The notes below the pieces were generated by a model. The model searched no databases. It was not told where the DNA came from and worked only from the letters and a program-made list of their open reading frames with translations. Below are positions 38,725 to 48,618 of a stretch of DNA of 64,000 bases, one piece after another. This DNA is from a candidate division FCPU426 bacterium (GTDB lineage Bacteria > Oederibacteriota > PGYV01 > Palsa-1178). The DNA lies in assembly GCA_963840035.1 (NCBI GenBank), contig CAWIXE010000001.1, positions 576,001-640,000 of the forward strand. Direction: 5' to 3'. Each line of letters starts with the position of its first letter. The stretch's first letter is position 1. The translations under genes were made by a program, and so were the position numbers.

Positions 38725-39798
38725 ATGAATTTCAAAAAGTATTTCAAACAAATCGCAAGTACGGCTATTTCTCTGTTTTTACTGTCGTCCTGCGCCACAA
38801 ATCCATTACAACAAACCCCCGTTGATACCATGACCAAGCCGGGCGAAGTCTCTTTTTGCGCGGCGGGGGATGTGATGCTAGACCGGGGGGTGAAACAGCG
38901 GATAGTTGATAACGGTCTGGATTACATTTTTAAGAAAACAGGGTCATTTATCAAGGTCAGAAACATTTCATTCTGCAACCTGGAAGGGCCTGTTTCAACA
39001 AGGGGAAAAAGAAAGAACGGAGGCTTTGCTTTCAGGGCTGAGCCTGATTACCTCGCTGCTGTAAAAAATACCGGGTTCAACCTGGTATCCGTGGGAAATA
39101 ACCACATGATGGACTACGGCGCGGACGCATTAACCGACACCTTAAATTACCTGGATGATAGAGGCATCGCATACGCCGGAGCCGGATTAAACAGGGCGCA
39201 GGCGAGGGGCTTTAAGATAGTTGAAGTAAACGGGGTTAAGATAGCATTAATTGCCGACCTGGATATGCCTTTTAAAGTGGAGGAAGTTCCTGACGATCCG
39301 GAAGTTCCCCAGATGTCAGAAAGGCGCGGGCTTGAGGAAATGGTAAAGGAAATAAAGCTGGCGAAAACGCAGGCTGATTTTGTCGTCGTGTCATACCACT
39401 GGGGTTATGAATATGTGAATTACCCAATAACCGACCAGTCATTGCTGGCGCGCGGCTGCATAGACGCGGGGGCTGACCTGGTACTGGGGCATCACCCTCA
39501 TGTGGCGCAGGGCGTGGAAACGTACAAAGGAAAGCCTATCATATACAGCATGGGAAACCTGGTTTTTGACCAGTTCAGGGAGATCACATCCAGGACATTC
39601 TTTTTTGCCTGCGATTTTCTAAAGGACGGCTCCATTAAAAACGCCTTCATAACCCCGGTGTTGATAGTGAAAAACCGGCCTGAGTTCGCTAAAGGAAAAG
39701 AAGGAAAACGAATCAGGGATAGGGTAATAAAGCTTTCAAAGAAGTTTGGGACGGTATTTACGGAAAAGGACGGAAGGTTGTATCTTAAGGGATTTTGA
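38725..39798 (+). CDS. CapA/PgsA-family metallophosphatase-fold lipoprotein
   Basis: Lipobox LSSC; GDVML, NLEGP, GNNHMMDYG, HWGYE, GHHPHV, YSMGN. Confidence 0.9.
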   Translation: MNFKKYFKQIASTAISLFLLSSCATNPLQQTPVDTMTKPGEVSFCAAGDVMLDRGVKQRIVDNGLDYIFKKTGSFIKVRNISFCNLEGPVSTRGKRKNGGFAFRAEPDYLAAVKNTGFNLVSVGNNHMMDYGADALTDTLNYLDDRGIAYAGAGLNRAQARGFKIVEVNGVKIALIADLDMPFKVEEVPDDPEVPQMSERRGLEEMVKEIKLAKTQADFVVVSYHWGYEYVNYPITDQSLLARGCIDAGADLVLGHHPHVAQGVETYKGKPIIYSMGNLVFDQFREITSRTFFFACDFLKDGSIKNAFITPVLIVKNRPEFAKGKEGKRIRDRVIKLSKKFGTVFTEKDGRLYLKGF

Positions 39799-39806
39799 GA
39801 TAAAGC

Positions 39807-39879
39807 AAGTTTTTAGTTTTAGGTTTGAAGATGCAGGTCCGCAGGCTGTCTAAATCTTAAAACTAAAAACTTCAAACTT
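39807..39879. repeat. Inverted heptamer array between convergent genes
   Basis: AAGTTTT TAGTTTT AGGTTTG AAG ... CTTAAAA CTAAAAA CTTCAAA CTT. Confidence 0.8.
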
Positions 39880-39890
39880 TTCTATCTGCA

Positions 39891-41897
39891 TCACCGATCC
39901 AAACCCAGCGCCTTCATCTTCGCCACCCAGTCTTTTGCCATGGTATAGTTCGGGTCATATTCCAGGGTTTTGGTCAGTTCCTTATATGCCAGCTTGTATT
40001 CCTTCATCCTGAAATACGCGGCTCCGAGGTTGTAGCGCGCTTCGAGGCTCGCGGGCTTGTACTTTAGCACTTCGAGGTACATGTCGCGCGATTTTGGAAA
40101 ATCACCCTGGTTAAAATAGATGTTTGCCAGGTTGTTTAAGGCCGCGGTGAATTTCGGGTTTAACGCCAGGACCGCGTTATATTCCGCTATGGCCTTATCC
40201 AGCATGTTGTTATTCATATATACATTTCCCACGTTATAATGCGATTCTATGAAATGAGGGAACATTTTTAAGCCTTTGTTATAATACTCCACAGCTTTAT
40301 CAATGTTTTTTTCCGCGTTGTAGGCGTTGCCGTTGTATAGCACAAGTTCTATAACGTCAGTACCGCGCGGGTTTGAACTTAAGCCCCGCTCAAAAAAACC
40401 GCGTGCCTCGTCATATCTTCCCGCGGCAAAAGAAGCCTGGCCGGTTTTTATGCAGGAGTTGGATAAAAGCGTGGAAAACTGAAGGCCCGAGACAAAAGCG
40501 GCAACGATAATGAGCAGTATAGCGGCAAAACCGTTAAATTTCCGTCCTGTGAATGTAATGGTTTTTCTTTCCTCGGCCAGCGACAGTATGGCGAATATGG
40601 ACCACAGCAGGATGAGCGTGGTGGCTACGCGCCATGGAAAATTCAACAGCGCGTTTATCATGAAAGCTATGGCCGCGCCGGAGACGCCCAGCAGGATGTT
40701 TTTCGTCAGCGTATCAGGTTCTTTTAACGCCCTTCCGATGGATATGGATAAAAGCGCCGCCAAAAGCCAGATGAAAACGCCAAGGCCTAAAAAACCCTGC
40801 TCGGCGAATGTCTGGAGGTAATCATTATGAGTGTATAATTCCACATGCGGTTCCACCTGCGCGGCCATATCAGGCGCGGCTTTAAGCCACCTGTCATAAA
40901 CCTTTTTCTGGTAAAAGGAGGTATTAAGCGAAAATCCGCCGATGCCGGCGCCTAGGATGGGGTTATGCATTCCCATCTGAACGGCTGACTCCCAGTAAAA
41001 AAGCCTGACAGAGGCTGAGTTGCTGGTAAGGGATAAGCCGCTTTTTAGCCTGTCCACGAGCGACTGGCTGTTTTTATTTATGGGGTTCGGGAAGGAAAAT
41101 ATAAGGACAAGAAATATTACAAAAGCCGCGATTGAGGCCGTAAAGACCTTCTGCTTCGCGAAAAAATCCTTCCCGTAGAGCACCGCGAACATTATGAACA
41201 TGTAAACAAGGGAGCCTAAAAAACCCAGCCACGCGCCGCGGCCATGGGAGACAATTATGAGGAAAAACATCATGGATAAAAAAAGCGCGAGAACGAACTT
41301 GATAAGCCTGGTGATTGGCGAGAGTATGAGCACTATCATCAGCGGTATAAGTATGGAAAACTGGGCAGCCATGTAGTCCGGGTTGCCCATGGTGGAATAG
41401 ACCCTGCCTTCCCCGAATGAAACCCACTTAATAAAATCAACGCCAAAGTACTGGAGGATGCCGTAGGCCACCACTATGAAATGCGCCGCGAATATAAAAT
41501 AGAGCAGTTTGAAAATATCGTTTTTGGAGAATACGTTTATAATAAGGAAGTACAGCAGCCCGTTGGCAAGGATGAACTTGAAATACTGCCAGTGCATGGG
41601 CCCCGCGTTCGCGTTAAGGTAAAGGCCCTTAAAAAGGGAAAGCATTGCCACGGCAATTACAGCCGCCGCAGGTATGGAAAACGATGACCATTTGAAATAA
41701 AAATTACCCGACAGGGCCTGTCTGGCCAGGAACAGAACCGTGCTAATGGCAATCAGCGAGTAAAATATGGAGGTTTTAGGGGTCTCAAAAGCTTCGTTGG
41801 CGGAAAGCCAGAAGGAAAGGGGTACTATGAAAAGTATGGAATATATGGAAAGTTGAAGAGCTTTATCCAGGTACTTTTTAAGTATGTCCGTGTTCAA
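39891..41897 (-). CDS. O-antigen ligase-like (Wzy_C) membrane protein with C-terminal TPRs
   Basis: STMGNPDY, SHGRGAW, HNDYLQTFAEQGFLG; multiple TMs; TPR repeats. Confidence 0.88.
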   Translation of the reverse strand: MNTDILKKYLDKALQLSIYSILFIVPLSFWLSANEAFETPKTSIFYSLIAISTVLFLARQALSGNFYFKWSSFSIPAAAVIAVAMLSLFKGLYLNANAGPMHWQYFKFILANGLLYFLIINVFSKNDIFKLLYFIFAAHFIVVAYGILQYFGVDFIKWVSFGEGRVYSTMGNPDYMAAQFSILIPLMIVLILSPITRLIKFVLALFLSMMFFLIIVSHGRGAWLGFLGSLVYMFIMFAVLYGKDFFAKQKVFTASIAAFVIFLVLIFSFPNPINKNSQSLVDRLKSGLSLTSNSASVRLFYWESAVQMGMHNPILGAGIGGFSLNTSFYQKKVYDRWLKAAPDMAAQVEPHVELYTHNDYLQTFAEQGFLGLGVFIWLLAALLSISIGRALKEPDTLTKNILLGVSGAAIAFMINALLNFPWRVATTLILLWSIFAILSLAEERKTITFTGRKFNGFAAILLIIVAAFVSGLQFSTLLSNSCIKTGQASFAAGRYDEARGFFERGLSSNPRGTDVIELVLYNGNAYNAEKNIDKAVEYYNKGLKMFPHFIESHYNVGNVYMNNNMLDKAIAEYNAVLALNPKFTAALNNLANIYFNQGDFPKSRDMYLEVLKYKPASLEARYNLGAAYFRMKEYKLAYKELTKTLEYDPNYTMAKDWVAKMKALGLDR

Positions 41898-41971
41898 ACC
41901 TTCCTCCTTATATATAAGCGTTATAGTGATTGTATTTTAGAGGGAAATAAAAGTCAATAAGGGAATTACTT

Positions 41972-42053
41972 TGATTCTAGATTCCGGATTCTAGATTTTG
42001 GATTAATGGCAAGTTCCAAACAATCCAGAATCAAGAATCCGGAATTTAGAATT
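41972..42053. repeat. Inverted heptamer array (GATTNNN)n/(NNNAATC)n
   Basis: GATTCTA GATTCCG GATTCTA GATTTTG GATT ... AATCCAG AATCAAG AATCCGG AATTTAG. Confidence 0.85.
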
Positions 42054-42108
42054 GACTTTATGCAGCCCTTATGTTATATTTAACCAAATGGTTAAACTAA
42101 ACGGTTAA
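42052..42108 (+). promoter_or_regulatory. Promoter with TetR-type operators
   Basis: TTGACT-N17-TATATT; TTAACCAAATGGTTAA (42080-42095) and a second imperfect copy. Confidence 0.7.
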
Positions 42109-42136
42109 TTAACATTAAACCCGGAAGTGAAGGCAA

Positions 42137-42241
42137 ATGAAGAATAAAAAAGCAAAGCCCGCAATCAAAAGGAAACCAAAGAAAGTTAAAAGCACAAACA
42201 TAAAACAGGTGGCTAAGGCTATTGCTGCCTGGGTTTATTAG
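42137..42241 (+). CDS. Small basic ORF, 34 aa
   Basis: MKNKKAKPAIKRKPKKVKSTNIKQVAKAIAAWVY; fills the gap between promoter and tetR. Confidence 0.4.
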   Translation: MKNKKAKPAIKRKPKKVKSTNIKQVAKAIAAWVY

Positions 42242-42249
42242 GAGGGCGC

Positions 42250-42897
42250 GTGGTTAAGAAAAGCATAAAAGGGCAGGATGAGGGCAGGACTAAGGACAGG
42301 ATACTGAAGGCCGCCATAGGGGAATTTGTCGAATACGGGTTTTACGGGGCCAGGACGCAGCGCATCGCCACACGGGCAGGGGTGAATAAAGCACTCCTTC
42401 ATTATTACTTTACAAACAAGGAAAACATATACGAACAGGTTTTGCAGACCGTGGCAGGAGCCATATTTCAGCGCCTGTCCACCATGAGCGAGGAACCCAT
42501 GGAACCGCGTGAGAAGATTTCTCAGATTATCGATATATACGTTGATGTTTTCACAAATTACAGCGATAACCTGAAAATAGTATTATATGAGGTCATGAGG
42601 GGCGGGGAAATACTCAGGAAGGTAATCTCTTCAAAGGCAAAGCAGATATACCCAACCTTTAAAAAAATAGAATCATATTTTAAAAACGAGATGAAAAAAG
42701 GCACCATAAGAAAATTCAGCGTCATCCACCTTTTAATAAGCATGGTAAGCCAGATGGCTCCCGTGTATGTGGGAAGGCAGATGATCGGAAAAGTAGCCGG
42801 GGCAATAGGCTTAGACAGGCTCCTGGGTGACGCGATAGTAAATGACAGGAAGAAGTTCGTTATGGAGCTTATAATGAACGGTATTAAAAAAGATTGA
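42250..42897 (+). CDS. TetR/AcrR-family regulator
   Basis: RILKAAIGEF...GF...IATRAGVNKALLHYYF. Confidence 0.95.
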   Translation: MVKKSIKGQDEGRTKDRILKAAIGEFVEYGFYGARTQRIATRAGVNKALLHYYFTNKENIYEQVLQTVAGAIFQRLSTMSEEPMEPREKISQIIDIYVDVFTNYSDNLKIVLYEVMRGGEILRKVISSKAKQIYPTFKKIESYFKNEMKKGTIRKFSVIHLLISMVSQMAPVYVGRQMIGKVAGAIGLDRLLGDAIVNDRKKFVMELIMNGIKKD

Positions 42898-42999
42898 GGA
42901 TAGTTGATCGTGGATTGCAGATTAATGAACGGGAAACCGTAAAACAAACGGGCCATAAATTGTTTATTAATCCGCAATCTTCAATCTGCTATCTACAAT
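42892..42999. repeat. Inverted heptamer array (GATT/AATC family)
   Basis: GATTGAG GATAGTT GATCGTG GATTGCA GATT ... AATCCGC AATCTTC AATCTGC TATCTAC AAT. Confidence 0.8.
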
Positions 43000-43015
43000 A
43001 ACAAAGGAGGTATAT

Positions 43016-43810
43016 ATGGACATTAAGAAAATTGAAAAAGCAAGGCCGGTTATAGCGGCGGTGGTGATTTTGACCATACTGGGGTTCTGGCTGCTGCCTA
43101 AAGTATTTGTGGATAAGTCTCATGTGAGGGCTTCGGGGACTGTCGAGATAAAGGAAGTGGATGTCTCCTCCAGAATATCAAGCAGGGTCACGGCCTTAAA
43201 AAAGGACGAGGGCCAGGAAGTAAAAAAAGGCGAGTTAATGGCCGTGCTAGACGATTCCATAGTAGCGGCACAGCGCGACGCCGCTCAGGCCATGTATAAT
43301 AACGCGGCTGACATATACACAAGGATGAAGAACCTTTTTTCATCCGAATCCGTTTCCCAGCAGCAGTTTGACGCGGCAAGGGCAGGGTACATATCAGCCA
43401 TGTCACAGTTAAAACAGGCTGAAGTGATGACAGATGAGGCGTCCGTTAAAGCGCCGTGGAGCGGGATAATTCTGAAAAAACACGTGGAAGAAGGGGAACT
43501 TGTATCGCCTAACTCGCCGCTTTTCACCATCGGCGACCTTTCAGAGGCGAAGATTACCATATACGTCCCTTTAATGGAAATGACCGTGCTGAAATACGGA
43601 ATGAAAGCAGCGGTAAAAATAGACGCGTATAAGAACAAGTCGTTTGAGGGAAAAATAACGTACATATCGGGCGCGGCTGAATTTACGCCGAAAAACGTCC
43701 AGACACAGGATGAGCGCATTAAAGAAGTATTTGAAGTGCAGGTAACAGTGCCAAACCCTGACGGGATATTAAAACCGGGGATACCGGCTGATGTGGAGAT
43801 AAAAATATAA
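43016..43810 (+). CDS. HlyD/YbhG-like periplasmic adaptor
   Basis: SGTVE...EGQEVKKG...AEFTPKNVQT...LKPG. Confidence 0.92.
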   Translation: MDIKKIEKARPVIAAVVILTILGFWLLPKVFVDKSHVRASGTVEIKEVDVSSRISSRVTALKKDEGQEVKKGELMAVLDDSIVAAQRDAAQAMYNNAADIYTRMKNLFSSESVSQQQFDAARAGYISAMSQLKQAEVMTDEASVKAPWSGIILKKHVEEGELVSPNSPLFTIGDLSEAKITIYVPLMEMTVLKYGMKAAVKIDAYKNKSFEGKITYISGAAEFTPKNVQTQDERIKEVFEVQVTVPNPDGILKPGIPADVEIKI

Positions 43811-43814
43811 ATGC

Positions 43815-43888
43815 GAGCCCAGGGGGAACAGCCCAAAGCTCAGGTATGTTTAAAACAACTTGGGCTATGGGCTATTAGCTTTGGGATC
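43815..43888. repeat. Inverted heptamer array (AGCCCAN/TGGGCT family)
   Basis: Same family as 49416-49494. Confidence 0.7.
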
Positions 43889-43899
43889 ACAGGAGTTGT

Positions 43900-44802
43900 A
43901 TGGAAACCGTAATCAGCGTAACAGGGTTGTATAAGAGCTTTGGCAGCGTTAAGGCCGTGGACGGGGTTGACTTCGCTGTCAACCGCGGGGAGATATTTGG
44001 CATTATCGGGCCTGACGGCGGGGGCAAGACCACCACTCTGCGGTTGCTTTCAGGGATAATGAAACATGAGCAGGGCAGCGCAATTATCCTTGGAAGAAAA
44101 CTTCCTGAAGAGGCTGAAGGCATAAAAGAACACATAGGCTATATGTGCCAGAGGTTTTCATTATATACTGACTTAACCGTCGCTGAAAATGTAACTTTTT
44201 TTTCAGAGGTTTACCAGATAGAAAAAAAAGTGCTTGAGGAAAGGCTCGAACCGCTCCTGAAAATGACAAGGCTCGCGCCTTTTAAAGACAGGCTTGCCGG
44301 AAATTTATCCGGCGGCATGAAACAAAAACTGGCCTTAATGTGCACATTAATTCACCGCCCTGAAATACTTTTTCTTGACGAGCCGACCACGGGAGTGGAC
44401 CCGGTATCGCGCAGGGAATTCTGGGAGATTCTCCAGCAGATACACGCCGACGGCGTGACCATTGTAGTAACCACGCCGTATATGGACGAGGCTGAACAGT
44501 GCTCGCGCATCGCTCTGATGTTCAAAGGCAGGATAATTGCCATGGACACGCCGAGGAACATGAAAAAGGCGTTTAACGGAATAGTCCTTGAGGCGCATCC
44601 CGAGGACTGCGCGGGTTTCTTAAGCCTTATAAAAACGTCTTCATATATTAAGGACTGGCAGCAGCTGGGGGAAAGGTTCCATATAGTTTTCAATGACGAA
44701 GCCGGGGCGGAGGATTTTACGCAAAAAGCAGGCCCATGCGCCAACACACGCAGGATAGCGGCAAGCGTGGAGGATGTTTTTGTGGAGCGCATTAAAACAT
44801 AG
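43900..44802 (+). CDS. ABC-2 exporter ATP-binding protein
   Basis: GPDGGGKT, LSGGMKQK, LDEPTTGVDP. Confidence 0.95.
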   Translation: METVISVTGLYKSFGSVKAVDGVDFAVNRGEIFGIIGPDGGGKTTTLRLLSGIMKHEQGSAIILGRKLPEEAEGIKEHIGYMCQRFSLYTDLTVAENVTFFSEVYQIEKKVLEERLEPLLKMTRLAPFKDRLAGNLSGGMKQKLALMCTLIHRPEILFLDEPTTGVDPVSRREFWEILQQIHADGVTIVVTTPYMDEAEQCSRIALMFKGRIIAMDTPRNMKKAFNGIVLEAHPEDCAGFLSLIKTSSYIKDWQQLGERFHIVFNDEAGAEDFTQKAGPCANTRRIAASVEDVFVERIKT

Positions 44803-44877
44803 TCACAGGACCCAAGTCCCATGACCCAGGTCAGGGTTAGTGATGTAACTTGGATCCTGGGTCATGAGTCTTGAGAC
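44802..44877. repeat. Inverted heptamer array (GACCCAN/TGGGTC)
   Basis: GTCACAG GACCCAA GTCCCAT GACCCAG ... TTGGATC CTGGGTC ATGAGTC TTGAGAC. Confidence 0.8.
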
Positions 44878-44891
44878 AAACAAGGAGTTTT

Positions 44892-45839
44892 ATGGCTACA
44901 TCCGTAAAAGCAGACCGCCTACAGCGTAAGTTCGGCGATTTTACCGCCGTTGACTCCATATCCTTTGAAGTGGAGAAGGGCGAGGTATATGGATTTTTGG
45001 GGGCTAACGGCGCGGGCAAGACCACTACTATCAGGATGTTGTGCGGATTGCTTGAGCCAACTTCAGGAGACGCCATGGTCGCCGGATTTTCAATAAAAAA
45101 AGAGCCTGATGAGGTAAAGAAAAGGCTCGGATACATGTCTCAAAAGTTCTCCCTGTATCCGCTGCTAAATGTGAAGGAAAATATTGATTTTTACGCGGGC
45201 ATATACGGTTTAACAGACGCGGAAATTTTGAAAAGGACGCCTGAACTGTGCGAACTGCTGGAACTTACGGAATTCGCGGACAGGCCGGTCGGTGAAATGC
45301 CGGGCGGGTTAAAGCAAAGGGTTTCGCTTGCCTGCGCCATCGCCCACAAACCCGAGATAGTATTTCTGGACGAACCTACTGCAGGGGTGGACCCGATACT
45401 GCGCAGGCGTTTTTGGGAAATAATACGGGTGCTTGCCGACGGCGGGACGACCGTATTTGTCACGACGCATTACATGGACGAGGTGGAGCACTGCAACAGG
45501 ATAGCGCTCATGCACTCAGGCCGGATAATAAGGGAAGGCACAATATCCCAGATAAAAAAATCGGTCTTTTCAAAACCGATACTTGAAACAGAAACGGATT
45601 TCCCTGTGAAAGCGTTCGAATTGCTGGAGGCTGAAAAGGGGACGCTCGGCGATATTTCAATGCACGGCGCGCTTCTTCACGTGATACCTGCCGCTGATAT
45701 TTCCGCGGCAAAAGAGGCCATGGAGAGGATACTAACGGCTGCGTCCTTAAGATTCACAAAACCAGAGGAAGTGGAGCCGACTATGGATGACGTGTTTGTG
45801 AATCTGGTGAAACAGTATGAGGGCGGGAGTAAATCATGA
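44892..45839 (+). CDS. ABC-2 exporter ATP-binding protein
   Basis: GANGAGKT, LDEPTAGVDP, TTHYMDE; AAGGAG RBS. Confidence 0.95.
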   Translation: MATSVKADRLQRKFGDFTAVDSISFEVEKGEVYGFLGANGAGKTTTIRMLCGLLEPTSGDAMVAGFSIKKEPDEVKKRLGYMSQKFSLYPLLNVKENIDFYAGIYGLTDAEILKRTPELCELLELTEFADRPVGEMPGGLKQRVSLACAIAHKPEIVFLDEPTAGVDPILRRRFWEIIRVLADGGTTVFVTTHYMDEVEHCNRIALMHSGRIIREGTISQIKKSVFSKPILETETDFPVKAFELLEAEKGTLGDISMHGALLHVIPAADISAAKEAMERILTAASLRFTKPEEVEPTMDDVFVNLVKQYEGGSKS

Positions 45840-45843
45840 AAAC

Positions 45844-45933
45844 AGTCTCAGTGATCTCAATGATCTCAGAAGTCTCAGCAGGCGTTTTTAGGACGCTCAT
45901 TGAGACCTCTGAGATCACTGAGATTATTGAGAC
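45844..45933. repeat. Inverted nonamer array (NTCTCANNN)4/(NNNTGAGAN)4
   Basis: Same family as 47126-47225. Confidence 0.85.
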
Positions 45934-45950
45934 TAAAGAAGGAGGGCGTC

Positions 45951-47114
45951 TTGGCTGAAGACAAAGGCAGTTTAAACCCAGCGCGCATAATGCCTGTCAT
46001 GCGCAAGGAGTTTCTTCATATCGTGCGCGATCCGCGCTCGCTGGCCATCGCGCTGCTTGCGCCTGTGATATTGCTGGTATTATACGCGTACGCCGTGACA
46101 TTTGACATAAAGAAGATAGACTTGGGCGTCGTGGATTACGACAACTCGTCAATGTCCAGGGAACTGGTGCAGAAATTCACATCAAGCGGGTACTTTGAGA
46201 TAAATCAAAGCTGCGTAAATTCAATGGAGAAATGCGTTGAGACACTGCGCTTAAACGGGATAAAAATGATTCTTATTATACCTCGCGGAATGTCAACGGA
46301 CATAAAAAGGAACAGGGACGTCAGGATACAGATGATAGGTGACGGGTCCGAGGCAAACACCGTGGCCATCGGCATAGGTTACGCCGGGGCTATCGTTGCC
46401 CAGCAATCCACAAAAATTATGCTTGAAGAAGTTCGCTCGAGGGGTTTTAACCCGAAGGTAATCCCCATGGTACAGCCTGTGCCGAGGGTATGGTATAACC
46501 CGGAACTGAAATCAACCAATTACATAGTGCCCGGGCTGGCCGCGATAATAATGATGCTTATCTCGGCGCTGTTAACGTCGCTTACAATAGTCCGCGAAAA
46601 GGAAAATAACACTTATGAGCAGCTGGTGTCAACGCCGCTTAAACCCCTTGAGCTCATGATAGGGAAGATAACGCCTTACATACTGCTCTGCTTAATTGAC
46701 GTGGCAATAATAGTGGCTGTCGGCGTACTTTGGTTCCATGTGCCGTTTAAGGGCAATTACATTACGCTCACGGTATTCTCGATACTTTTTCTTTTCTGCG
46801 CGCTGGGCTTAGGTCTTTTAATATCCGCAGTGGCGCCGAACCAGCAGGTGGCTGTCATGGGAACCGCGCTTGGAACGTTGCTGCCTTCGATACTTTTATC
46901 GGGGTTTGTATTTCCGATTGCGTCCATGCCCGGCATCATACAGGCGATAAGCTATGTGGTTCCGGCGAAATATTTTATGGTCGCGCTTCGTACCATATTT
47001 TTAAAAGCGGATACCGGCATAATGACTCTGTGGCGCGAGGGGCTTTTCCTCCTGTTTTTCGGGGTATTATTCCTGGCGATTTCCGCAAAGAGGTTTAAAA
47101 AGACGATTGATTAG
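45951..47114 (+). CDS. ABC-2 permease (YbhS-like)
   Basis: KEFLHIVRDPR, WYNPELKS, LSGFVFPI. Confidence 0.93.
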   Translation: MAEDKGSLNPARIMPVMRKEFLHIVRDPRSLAIALLAPVILLVLYAYAVTFDIKKIDLGVVDYDNSSMSRELVQKFTSSGYFEINQSCVNSMEKCVETLRLNGIKMILIIPRGMSTDIKRNRDVRIQMIGDGSEANTVAIGIGYAGAIVAQQSTKIMLEEVRSRGFNPKVIPMVQPVPRVWYNPELKSTNYIVPGLAAIIMMLISALLTSLTIVREKENNTYEQLVSTPLKPLELMIGKITPYILLCLIDVAIIVAVGVLWFHVPFKGNYITLTVFSILFLFCALGLGLLISAVAPNQQVAVMGTALGTLLPSILLSGFVFPIASMPGIIQAISYVVPAKYFMVALRTIFLKADTGIMTLWREGLFLLFFGVLFLAISAKRFKKTID

Positions 47115-47125
47115 TATGGAAGAAC

Positions 47126-47225
47126 AGTCTCAATGATCTCAATGGTCTCAGAGGTCTCAATAGAAAAGGCGAAAGAACAGGCCTTAACTTTTGAGATCAT
47201 TGAGATTGCTGAGACTATTGAGACT
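47126..47225. repeat. Inverted nonamer array
   Basis: AGTCTCAAT GATCTCAAT GGTCTCAGA GGTCTCAA ... TTGAGATC ATTGAGATT GCTGAGACT ATTGAGACT. Confidence 0.85.
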
Positions 47226-47236
47226 GCATAAAGGCG

Positions 47237-48388
47237 GTGTTTGTGTTCAATATTAAGGAGTTTTTCGGGCCTGTAAAGCATGTGATGAAAAAAGAATTCA
47301 TAGAGATGAAAAAATCCAAACTTATCGCCATACTTATAGTCGCGCCGATAATTCAGGCTATCATATTCGGCTTTGTGGCTACCACTGACATACTTCATGT
47401 GCCCACCATGATATGCGACGAGGACGGCTCAGCCATGAGCAGGAAGCTGACGGATAAATTTTTAAACAGCGAGTATTTTAATATAACCATGGTGACGCGG
47501 GACCCTAAGGCGATTCAGGGCGAGTTGGGCGCGAATAGGGCCAGAGTTTGCGTAAGGATACCTGTGGATTTTGAGGAACTCATAAAGAAAGGCAAAAGGG
47601 TGCCTGTACAGGTCATCGGCGACGGCACTGACTCAAACAGCGCCACTCAGACCATGGTAAGGGCGCAGCTTATGATAAACGCCTTTTCCGGGGAGGTTTT
47701 TAAGGACAAACTTGCCATGATGAAATCCACCATCGGAGACCTGCCTTCCATAACACTTCATGAGAGGGTATGGTATAACCCGGAGCTTAAAAGCGCGAAT
47801 GTCATGGTGCCCGGCGTCATAGGCCTGATACTTGCCATAGTGACCATGGTGATAATGTCGGTATCAATAGTAAGGGAAAAGGAGTCGGGAAACATAGAGC
47901 AGATGGTTGTAAGCCCGATAACGCCGCTGCAGATAATAGCCGGGAAGATAATTCCTTACATAGCCATCGGGTTAATAGACGTCATCATAGTGGTAATAAC
48001 GTGCGGAGTGGTATTTAAAACGCCGTTCGAAGGCAGCTTCGCGCTCCTGCTTACCCTGTCATTTTTCATGATCATGGTTAACTTGGGCGTGGGCATATTC
48101 ATATCCACCATATCCACCACGCAGCAGCAGGCCATGTTCTCCGCCATATTCTTCATGCTGCCGAACATACTGCTCTCAGGCTTCCTTTTCCCGATAAAGA
48201 ACATGCCGGTGATACTGCAGTGGCTGACATACATAATACCAATGAGGTATTATATGGTAATAATCAGGGGAATATTTTTAAAAGGGCTGGGTTTCTTTGA
48301 ATTGCTGCCGGAAACCTTCGCGCTCTTTATATATGGGGCGGTAGTATTTACCATGGCGATAAAGGCATTCAGAAAGACCGTAAGTTAA
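47237..48388 (+). CDS. ABC-2 permease (YbhR-like)
   Basis: WYNPELKS, REKESGNIEQ, LSGFLFPI. Confidence 0.93.
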   Translation: MFVFNIKEFFGPVKHVMKKEFIEMKKSKLIAILIVAPIIQAIIFGFVATTDILHVPTMICDEDGSAMSRKLTDKFLNSEYFNITMVTRDPKAIQGELGANRARVCVRIPVDFEELIKKGKRVPVQVIGDGTDSNSATQTMVRAQLMINAFSGEVFKDKLAMMKSTIGDLPSITLHERVWYNPELKSANVMVPGVIGLILAIVTMVIMSVSIVREKESGNIEQMVVSPITPLQIIAGKIIPYIAIGLIDVIIVVITCGVVFKTPFEGSFALLLTLSFFMIMVNLGVGIFISTISTTQQQAMFSAIFFMLPNILLSGFLFPIKNMPVILQWLTYIIPMRYYMVIIRGIFLKGLGFFELLPETFALFIYGAVVFTMAIKAFRKTVS

Positions 48389-48407
48389 TCACATTATAGA
48401 AATTTTG

Positions 48408-48525
48408 GTAGCCGCACCCTCTACGCCTCACCGGGGTGCGTACGCAGGGGTGTGAACAGGCAATGGTTTGCGTCCGTCAATTCCATATTTAGGCGCAGGC
48501 CGGTGGGACGCAGGCCTGCGACTAC
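48408..48525. repeat. Degenerate GTAG-type REP doublet
   Basis: GTAGCCGCA...TGCG ... CGCA...TGCGACTAC. Confidence 0.65.
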
Positions 48526-48618
48526 GAAATCCAACTGTGAGTCAGCTTAGGAACATATTGTTTATGTGCATATTCTACTGTCTTGAAAATTACAAAAAAA
48601 TCATCTATAATTAAACAC

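Noticed and set aside
45844..47225. CRISPR array from the TCTCA repeats
   Set aside because: Units are 9 bp, tandem then inverted, with no unique spacers and no cas genes
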